Part shown: piece after piece, positions 57,901 through 64,000 of the stretch
How positions within the stretch are numbered: the first letter of the stretch is position 1
Layout: the number at the start of each line of letters is the position of its first letter
Assembly (NCBI GenBank): GCA_905182015.1
Contig: CAJIZT010000008.1
Span: 57,801-121,800 of the forward strand
Direction: 5' to 3'
Origin: an alpha proteobacterium MED-G09
GTDB taxonomy: Bacteria > Pseudomonadota > Alphaproteobacteria > MED-G09
DNA length: 64,000 bases
Program-made: the position numbers and the translations under genes
Notes under the pieces: model-generated
Seen by the model: only the letters and a program-made list of their open reading frames with translations
What the model was told of the DNA's origin: nothing
Databases searched by the model: none

Positions 57901-58677
57901 ATGACAGGAAGATTAGAAGGAAAAGTTGCAATTATAACTGGGGCAGCTATGGGCTTAGGGGCTGCTGATGCAGAGCTTTTTGCTTCAGAGGGTGCGAAGG
58001 TTGTAATAACAGATATCGCAGAAACTGAGGGTCAGGTTCTAGCAGAAAAACTAGGCGGTATATTTTTCAAACAAGATGTAACTGATGAAGATAGATGGAT
58101 AGAAATTATATCTGAAACAGAAAAAAAATATGGTCGTATTGATATACTTGTTAATAATGCAGGAATTGTTCACGTAGGGGATCCAGAAAATCAAACAACA
58201 GAGGAATATAGAAGGACAATGGCCGTTCATATGGACAGCACCTTTTTTGGTTGCAAGTATGTTATTCCCGTCATGGCAAAAACTGGTGGGGGATCGATTG
58301 TCAACATGTGTTCAATAGCTTCAATCCAAGGTGAGTCTTATGTGGCTGCATATTGCGCTGCAAAAGGCGCCATTGAAGCATACAGTAGAGCTGTTGCAGT
58401 TCACTGTGGTCTCGCAAAAAATGGTGTGAGATGTAATACAATTCATCCTGCTGGAATTGCCACACCTATGGTAGCCGGAGTCCCCGCACAGATGGCAGCA
58501 AAATTTGGTGCATCTCCTGTTCAGGACGCACCAGTTGATATAAACAAGGTTGGTGAGCCTCTTGATATTGCAAATGCTGCTTTATATCTTGCCTCAGATG
58601 AATCAAAATTTGTAAATGGCGCACAGCTTCGTGTCGATAATGCAATGTCAGTTGTTTCTGGTAATATGCCTGAATAA
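57901..58677 (+). CDS. Classical SDR-family oxidoreductase.
   Basis: TGAAMGLGAA, NNAG, and catalytic YCAAKGA (YxxxK). Confidence 0.85.
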   Translation: MTGRLEGKVAIITGAAMGLGAADAELFASEGAKVVITDIAETEGQVLAEKLGGIFFKQDVTDEDRWIEIISETEKKYGRIDILVNNAGIVHVGDPENQTTEEYRRTMAVHMDSTFFGCKYVIPVMAKTGGGSIVNMCSIASIQGESYVAAYCAAKGAIEAYSRAVAVHCGLAKNGVRCNTIHPAGIATPMVAGVPAQMAAKFGASPVQDAPVDINKVGEPLDIANAALYLASDESKFVNGAQLRVDNAMSVVSGNMPE

Positions 58678-58695
58678 ATTGGATTTGAAACTTTA

Positions 58696-59403
58696 ATGAC
58701 AAATATTATTAATTATTTTGATGATGATGTTCGACTTGAGGGTATGTTCTTTCCTTTGGCAGGACAAGAAGATGCCCCAGTCGTATTAGTTGTACCAACT
58801 TATGCTGGAAGAGATCAATTTACCTTAGATAAAGCAAAAGCAATGAATAATCTTGGTTATGCTGGATTTGCTGTCGATATGTATGGTGAAGCAAAGACCG
58901 GTGACTCTCCAGAGGAAAGTATGGAGTTAATGAGTCGTATCATGACTAATCGACCCAAACTTCAAAAAAGAATGTTACTGGCAATAGAGGCTGCAAAATC
59001 AGCTTCTGGCGTTGATAACTCAAAAATTGCAAGTATAGGGTTTTGTTTTGGAGGACTTTGCGTTTTAGATATTGCCAGGACTGGGTTGGATATTTCTGGT
59101 GTTGTATCTTTTCATGGTATTTTTAATCAACCGGGAAACACTGAGGGTAATAAGATTAGAGCCAAGATTCTTGTTCTTCATGGAAATGATGATCCAATGG
59201 TGCCCCATAAGGATGTTAATGGACTCGCAAATGAATTGACTGCAGCTAAAGCAGATTGGCAAATTCATGCTTATGGCTCTACATCTCATGCATTTACCAA
59301 TAAAGAGGCAAATTCTCCGGAAATGGGAATGGCCTATAATGTAAATTCCGATAACCGCTCATGGAAATCAATGAAAGATTTTTTAAAAGAAGTAATTGGC
59401 TAA
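58696..59403 (+). CDS. Dienelactone hydrolase family protein (carboxymethylenebutenolidase-like).
   Basis: Nucleophile elbow IGFCFGG (Cys), and downstream D and H residues (LHGNDDP, TSHAF). The product is 235 aa. Confidence 0.8.
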   Translation: MTNIINYFDDDVRLEGMFFPLAGQEDAPVVLVVPTYAGRDQFTLDKAKAMNNLGYAGFAVDMYGEAKTGDSPEESMELMSRIMTNRPKLQKRMLLAIEAAKSASGVDNSKIASIGFCFGGLCVLDIARTGLDISGVVSFHGIFNQPGNTEGNKIRAKILVLHGNDDPMVPHKDVNGLANELTAAKADWQIHAYGSTSHAFTNKEANSPEMGMAYNVNSDNRSWKSMKDFLKEVIG

Positions 59404-59432
59404 ATAACTATCTAGGGATATACAATATAAAA

Positions 59433-60152
59433 ATGAGTGAAGAAGAAAAACTTTCTATACAAGCTTTTGTGATACCGGTCACACCCTTTCAGCAAAATTG
59501 CTCTATACTATGGTGCACTGAGACTAAGCTAGGGGCAGTGATTGATCCGGGGGGGGATATAGATCAGATTCTTTACGCCATCAATAAGTATGATGTAAAA
59601 ATTGAAAAAATCCTTATTACTCATGCACACTTAGACCACGCTGGAGCGACAGCTGAACTTTCGCGACAACTTGATGTCCCTATAGAAGGCCCCCACAAAG
59701 ATGATATGTTTTTAATCGAAAGTCTCGAAGAGCAAGGTAAAAAATATAATTTTTCTCCCGCTGAATCATTTCAAACATCTAGATTTCTGGAAGGTGGTGA
59801 TGAGGTGAGTGTTGGAAATCAAATATTTGGAGTAAGGCATTGCCCAGGTCATACCCCTGGTCATGTGATATTCTTCAATAAAGAATCTAAGATAGCGGCT
59901 GTTGGAGATGTATTATTTCAAGGATCAATCGGAAGGTCTGATCTTCCGCGAGGTGATCACGAACAGCTAGTTAAATCAATAGTAAATGAACTCTGGCCCT
60001 TAGGTGACGAAATTAGATTTATACCAGGACACGGTCCAATGTCTACTTTTGGAAATGAAAGACTAACAAATCCGTATGTATCAGATTTTGCTCTAGGAAT
60101 AGATCGAGAGGTATCTGATTTGGCTAAAAAACAAGAAATATCCACGGAGTAG
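59433..60152 (+). CDS. MBL-fold hydrolase, hydroxyacylglutathione-hydrolase (GloB)-like. The tracked ORF starts at 59361; the likely start is MSEEEK.
   Basis: THAHLDHAG (HxHxDH) and GHTPGH. Confidence 0.75.
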   Translation: MSEEEKLSIQAFVIPVTPFQQNCSILWCTETKLGAVIDPGGDIDQILYAINKYDVKIEKILITHAHLDHAGATAELSRQLDVPIEGPHKDDMFLIESLEEQGKKYNFSPAESFQTSRFLEGGDEVSVGNQIFGVRHCPGHTPGHVIFFNKESKIAAVGDVLFQGSIGRSDLPRGDHEQLVKSIVNELWPLGDEIRFIPGHGPMSTFGNERLTNPYVSDFALGIDREVSDLAKKQEISTE

Positions 60153-60156
60153 ATCT

Positions 60157-61410
60157 TTGATTCTTTCAAGCAGCCGTCTCAATAGACGAGTTGGACTTTC
60201 TTTTCTGTACTTCATCCAAGGTATTCCTCAGGGTTTAATTTATTTTGCTTTATTAGATTGGCTCGCTTCTATTAAATTCTCTATCAGTGATATAGCTATA
60301 ATAACATCTATAGCTTCACTGCCCTGGGTCCTAAAATTTATCATAGGGCCTTTTGTTGATTCCTATCAAACCTCAGGTATGGGGAAGAGAAAACCGTGGA
60401 TAATGGGATCTTTGATGTTTCTATCTATAGCCTTCTTTTTATCGGCTAAGATTGTTTCAGTTTATGGGGTGCCGTCACCTTTGATATTGGGGTCAATTTT
60501 ATTCCTTGTTATGCTCTCTACGTCAGTCTTAGATGTAGCCACAGATGGTTTGGCAATTGATGTTCTTGATCAAAAAGAAAGGGGTTTGAGTAATGGTCTT
60601 ATGTGGGGATTTAGAACTCTAGGTGTTAGCTTAGCTGCAATACTAGGATCTTATTTAATAAAAACCCATGGATTAGATCATGCACTTTTAAAGTTTGGAT
60701 TATTAAATGTAATATTTTTACTTTTAATTGTTCCCTTAAGAGAAATTAAAGATGATAAATATTTTTCTTTTATACGTTCCGGTAAAAAAAAGGAGCTAAA
60801 ATTAAAACAAACTATAAAAACTCTATATAAGAATTCAATCACACCATCCATGCTTTTATTAATAATTTTTTGCCTCACATCTAATATTACCTCAGGAATG
60901 CATTATGTAAGCGTTTCCAATCTCTATATTAATTCATCAGGCTGGGATCATGAAGCCTTAACAAAAATACGCTCAATGGGGTTATATATTGGTATTTTTT
61001 CAGCTCTAGCAGGCGGCTATCTGTCCGACAAGCACAGCCCTTATAGAATTATACTAATATCACAAATCCTTATAGCTACGACAATCTTATCCTTTGTTAT
61101 TGCGGGAAATAGTATCTCAGTCTTCTACGTAGGATCAATATTACTTGTATTATTATCCGCTCTTGGCTCTTTTATTATGTCTGCCAGTTTATCGCTTTGC
61201 ATGGGGCTAACATTTAAAGCTATAGCTGCAACACAATTTGCTTTTTTAATGAGCATTAGGCACTTGTCACGCATATCGGGGGAATGGCTAGCTGGTCTTT
61301 TAGATTACCTAAGGGTGTCCACTTTTGATATTTACTTAATAATGTTTTTTCTTTCATTTTTACCTATTATTGTAATACATAAAATGAGAGTTTTAGAAAA
61401 AACTAGATAA
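60157..61410 (+). CDS. MFS-superfamily transporter.
   Basis: 12 predicted TM segments, RVGLSFLYFIQGIPQG near the N-terminus, and an internal GKRKPWI loop motif. Confidence 0.7.
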   Translation: MILSSSRLNRRVGLSFLYFIQGIPQGLIYFALLDWLASIKFSISDIAIITSIASLPWVLKFIIGPFVDSYQTSGMGKRKPWIMGSLMFLSIAFFLSAKIVSVYGVPSPLILGSILFLVMLSTSVLDVATDGLAIDVLDQKERGLSNGLMWGFRTLGVSLAAILGSYLIKTHGLDHALLKFGLLNVIFLLLIVPLREIKDDKYFSFIRSGKKKELKLKQTIKTLYKNSITPSMLLLIIFCLTSNITSGMHYVSVSNLYINSSGWDHEALTKIRSMGLYIGIFSALAGGYLSDKHSPYRIILISQILIATTILSFVIAGNSISVFYVGSILLVLLSALGSFIMSASLSLCMGLTFKAIAATQFAFLMSIRHLSRISGEWLAGLLDYLRVSTFDIYLIMFFLSFLPIIVIHKMRVLEKTR

Positions 61411-61433
61411 AATATTTTTTACTTATTATAAAC

Positions 61434-61476
61434 TTGACACCTACTCACTCAACGTTATATTTGCGCCCCTAGGGGG
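61434..61476 (+). promoter_or_regulatory. Putative sigma70 promoter plus a 5'-leader palindrome upstream of rplU-rpmA.
   Basis: TTGACA, a 16-nt spacer, then TATATT. The palindrome CCCCTAGGGGG follows at 61466..61476. Confidence 0.3.
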
Positions 61477-61512
61477 AATTTTACTTCCTTTATTTATAAG
61501 TGGATATTTAAA

Positions 61513-61968
61513 ATGTACGCAGTAATTCGTAGCGGCGGAAAACAGTATAAAGTTTCAAAAGATGACGTCATCTCAGTTGAAAAATTAGCTGGTGAAGCAG
61601 GTGATAAAATTGATATTAACGAAGTTCTTATGATTGCTGGCCATGGAGATCCTATTGTTGGAAATCCAGTTATTAAAGGGGCAGTTGTTAACGTAGAAGT
61701 TGTTAAACAAACTCGTGCAGAAAAAATAATTGTCTTTAAGAAGAAAAGAAGAAAAAATTATAGAAGAAAGAACGGACACCAACAGCATTTAACTATGTTA
61801 AAAATTGTTGATATTAAAGAGAAAGAAACTAAAAAATCATCTACAGTAAAGACAGCGGCTTCTCCTAAAAAAGATGAAGCTCCAAAGAAAAAGACTGCAG
61901 CTAAAAAGACTGTACAGAAAAAAGTAGCAAAAACTGCTGCTAAAGCTAAGTCTGTAAAGAAAGATTAG
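61513..61968 (+). CDS. rplU: 50S ribosomal protein L21 with a Lys/Ala-rich C-terminal extension of about 50 aa.
   Basis: [15 protein letters not shown]-terminus. The tail is [33 protein letters not shown]. Confidence 0.9.
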   Translation: MYAVIRSGGKQYKVSKDDVISVEKLAGEAGDKIDINEVLMIAGHGDPIVGNPVIKGAVVNVEVVKQTRAEKIIVFKKKRRKNYRRKNGHQQHLTMLKIVDIKEKETKKSSTVKTAASPKKDEAPKKKTAAKKTVQKKVAKTAAKAKSVKKD

Positions 61969-61984
61969 GGCTAGGGAGTAAAAA

Positions 61985-62254
61985 ATGGCACATAAAAAAG
62001 CAGGTGGTTCATCAAGAAACGGCAGAGATTCCGCAGGAAGAAGACTTGGCGTAAAGAAGTTTGGTGGTGAGAGTGTTATTCCAGGGAACATTATTGTTCG
62101 TCAAAGAGGGACTAAGTGGCAGCCAGGTAAAAATGTTGGCCTTGGAAGAGATCATACAATATTTGCTCTGATAGAAGGAACAGTTAGTTTTAAAAAACTA
62201 AGAACAGGTGGTCCAGTTATTTCTGTTGACCCTATTGCTGAAAAAACTAATTAA
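61985..62254 (+). CDS. rpmA: 50S ribosomal protein L27.
   Basis: [29 protein letters not shown]. Confidence 0.9.
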   Translation: MAHKKAGGSSRNGRDSAGRRLGVKKFGGESVIPGNIIVRQRGTKWQPGKNVGLGRDHTIFALIEGTVSFKKLRTGGPVISVDPIAEKTN

Positions 62255-62319
62255 ATATTAATTCAGCCAGTTCATAGTTACATTTAATTTTTAAAAATTT
62301 ATTAATTATGAGATAGGTT

Positions 62320-63342
62320 ATGAAATTTCTTGACCAAGCAAAACTTTTTATCGGCTCCGGAAAAGGTGGAAATGGATGCGTAAGCTTTCGCCGTGAAAAA
62401 TATATTGAATTTGGTGGCCCAAATGGTGGTGGCGGTGGAAAAGGTGGAAATGCCATCATTGAATGTGTTGATGGACTAAATACATTAATCGATTTTAGAT
62501 TCAGACAGCATTTTGCAGCTAATAATGGAGAGGATGGGAAAGGTAGTGAGAAAACCGGCGGAAATGGTCAAGATATTATAATTAAAGTTCCCAAGGGTAC
62601 TATTATACTAGAAGAAGACAACAAAACAGTTATTGCAGATTTAAGAAGGGTAGGACAAAGAATTTTACTTCTTGAGGGAGGAAATGGTGGATTTGGCAAT
62701 AGCCACTTCAAAGGTCCTAATAATCAAGCTCCAAGAAAGGCAAACTCGGGGTTGTGGGGTGAAGAAAAGTGGATATGGCTAAGATTAAAGTTAATAGCTG
62801 ATGTTGGGTTAATAGGGTTACCAAATGCTGGAAAATCTACACTAATTTCATCGGTAAGCGCCGCAAAACCAAAAGTTGCTGACTATCCTTTTACAACACT
62901 AAATCCAGTCCTCGGTATTGCAAGTCACAAGTCAAAGGAAATAACAATTGCAGACATACCTGGATTAATTGAAGGAGCCCACGATGGTAAGGGGCTTGGA
63001 GATAGATTTCTGGGTCATGTAGAGAGATGTAGCATCTTAATACACTTAATAGATTCTTTTTCTGAAAACCCTTTCGAGGACTGGGAGGTAATAAGAAACG
63101 AAATTGAGTCATATTCAAGTGATCTAGGTGAAAAAAAAGAAATAATAGCTCTATCCAAAGTGGACGGTATGAACGAAAGTGATATTAAGAAAAAAGTTAA
63201 ATTATTGCAAAATAAGACAGGTAAGGAAGTTTTTCCCATATCATCCGTTGCAAATAAAGGGATAGAAGAAATTTTAAATAAGGTATTAAGTGTTATACAA
63301 GAAAAAGAAACAAAAGAAGATTCAAAAAAATGGTCGCCATAA
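62320..63342 (+). CDS. obg: GTPase Obg/CgtA.
   Basis: Gly-rich Obg fold (GGPNGGGGGKGGN), G1 motif GLPNAGKSTL, and DIPGLIEGA. Confidence 0.9.
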   Translation: MKFLDQAKLFIGSGKGGNGCVSFRREKYIEFGGPNGGGGGKGGNAIIECVDGLNTLIDFRFRQHFAANNGEDGKGSEKTGGNGQDIIIKVPKGTIILEEDNKTVIADLRRVGQRILLLEGGNGGFGNSHFKGPNNQAPRKANSGLWGEEKWIWLRLKLIADVGLIGLPNAGKSTLISSVSAAKPKVADYPFTTLNPVLGIASHKSKEITIADIPGLIEGAHDGKGLGDRFLGHVERCSILIHLIDSFSENPFEDWEVIRNEIESYSSDLGEKKEIIALSKVDGMNESDIKKKVKLLQNKTGKEVFPISSVANKGIEEILNKVLSVIQEKETKEDSKKWSP

Positions 63343-64000
63343 ATAACATATCGGAAGCATCTAGGATTGTGGTCAAAGTCGGATCAGCGCTTGTTACTAG
63401 AAATGACGGCAGTATAAATGAAGAATTTTTAGATTCTATTGCATCTGACCTCCTTCTGTTGCACAAAAATAACAAAGAAATTATTATTGTTTCATCTGGC
63501 GCAATTTCTCTTGGAAATAAAATTAATAAAAAAAATAAAGAGAATCTATCCCTATCCGAAAGCCAGGCAGCCTCAGCAATTGGACAAATAGAATTAATCA
63601 ATGGATGGAAAAAATCTCTTGAAAGGAAGAATTTAAATATAGCTCAAATTCTAATAACCGCAGATGATACTGAAAATAGAAAGCGTTATTTAAATGCTCG
63701 TTCTACTTTTGAAGAATTATTAAAAAATAATTACATACCAATAATCAATGAAAATGACACTGTGGCAACATCAGAAATTCGTTACGGTGATAACGATCGT
63801 CTTGCTGCTAGGGTGGCTGGTATGCTCTCTGCTGACTGTCTCGTGTTGCTATCCAATATCGAGGGATTGTTCCCTAAAGACCCTAGGCACGGAAAAAGTG
63901 CTCTCATTAAGGAAATAAATGAGATAAATGAAGATATAATTTCAATGGCTGGCGAGGCTAATGGATTAGGTAGCGGCGGAATGATAACAAAGCTCGAAGC
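63330..64000 (+). CDS. proB: Glutamate 5-kinase. Partial: the C-terminus runs off the window edge. Its start overlaps the obg stop.
   Basis: Own translation: MVAINNISEASRIVVKVGSALVT...IIVSSGAI...NDTVATSEIRYGDNDRLAARVA. Confidence 0.8.
   Translation, partial: MVAINNISEASRIVVKVGSALVTRNDGSINEEFLDSIASDLLLLHKNNKEIIIVSSGAISLGNKINKKNKENLSLSESQAASAIGQIELINGWKKSLERKNLNIAQILITADDTENRKRYLNARSTFEELLKNNYIPIINENDTVATSEIRYGDNDRLAARVAGMLSADCLVLLSNIEGLFPKDPRHGKSALIKEINEINEDIISMAGEANGLGSGGMITKLE

Noticed and set aside
1-64000. Scan for CRISPR arrays, insertion sequences, integrases, transposases, toxin-antitoxin pairs and restriction-modification genes.
   Set aside because: There are no repeat-spacer arrays. 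No ORF has transposase, integrase or nuclease-methylase signatures. The only tandem repeat found is the 2x24-bp intragenic duplication at 52446..52493.

Overview
This window is AT-rich and very densely coded. GC looks like roughly a third by eye; I did not compute it. The gene order looks alphaproteobacterial and marine and streamlined: rpmH-rnpA-yidC-engB-argB, dapD-dapE, dnaX-recR-def-fmt-truA, cycM-kdsB-pheA, rplU-rpmA-obg-proB. That placement is inference from synteny.

Positions 1-22.4 kb are mostly core genes. A korAB 2-oxoacid:ferredoxin oxidoreductase sits behind a translationally coupled NAD(P)H-oxidoreductase/ferredoxin fusion. Then come ggt and a DmpA-like peptidase, tRNA-Arg(ACG), rmuC, and the rpmH to dapE run. 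dnaX carries an A-AAA-AAG heptamer of the kind used for -1 frameshifting.

From about 22.5 kb to 61.4 kb the core genes (cycM, kdsB, pheA, amt) alternate with a large oxidative and catabolic gene set. It holds five paralogous Rieske non-heme-iron oxygenase alpha subunits. Three of them are each followed by a SnoaL_4/NTF2-like small protein. There are two paralogous cytochrome P450s, each next to a TonB-dependent receptor. There is a six-gene operon of a KstD-like flavoprotein, an NmrA-like protein, a P450, a parallel beta-helix protein, a diheme c-type cytochrome and a GFA-family protein. Around these sit SDRs, a crotonase, MBL-fold hydrolases, a dienelactone hydrolase, ABM monooxygenase-like proteins, two amidohydrolases, and a tandem pair of GPH-type MFS transporters.

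I recognise no transcriptional regulator, no Rieske reductase or ferredoxin partner, no mobile element and no CRISPR array. The window ends with rplU-rpmA-obg and a partial proB.

The best candidates for an uncharacterised system are the beta-helix/diheme-cytochrome pair inside the P450/TBDR operon and the expanded Rieske-alpha/NTF2 pair family. All functional calls come from motif reading of the translations; no database search was run.
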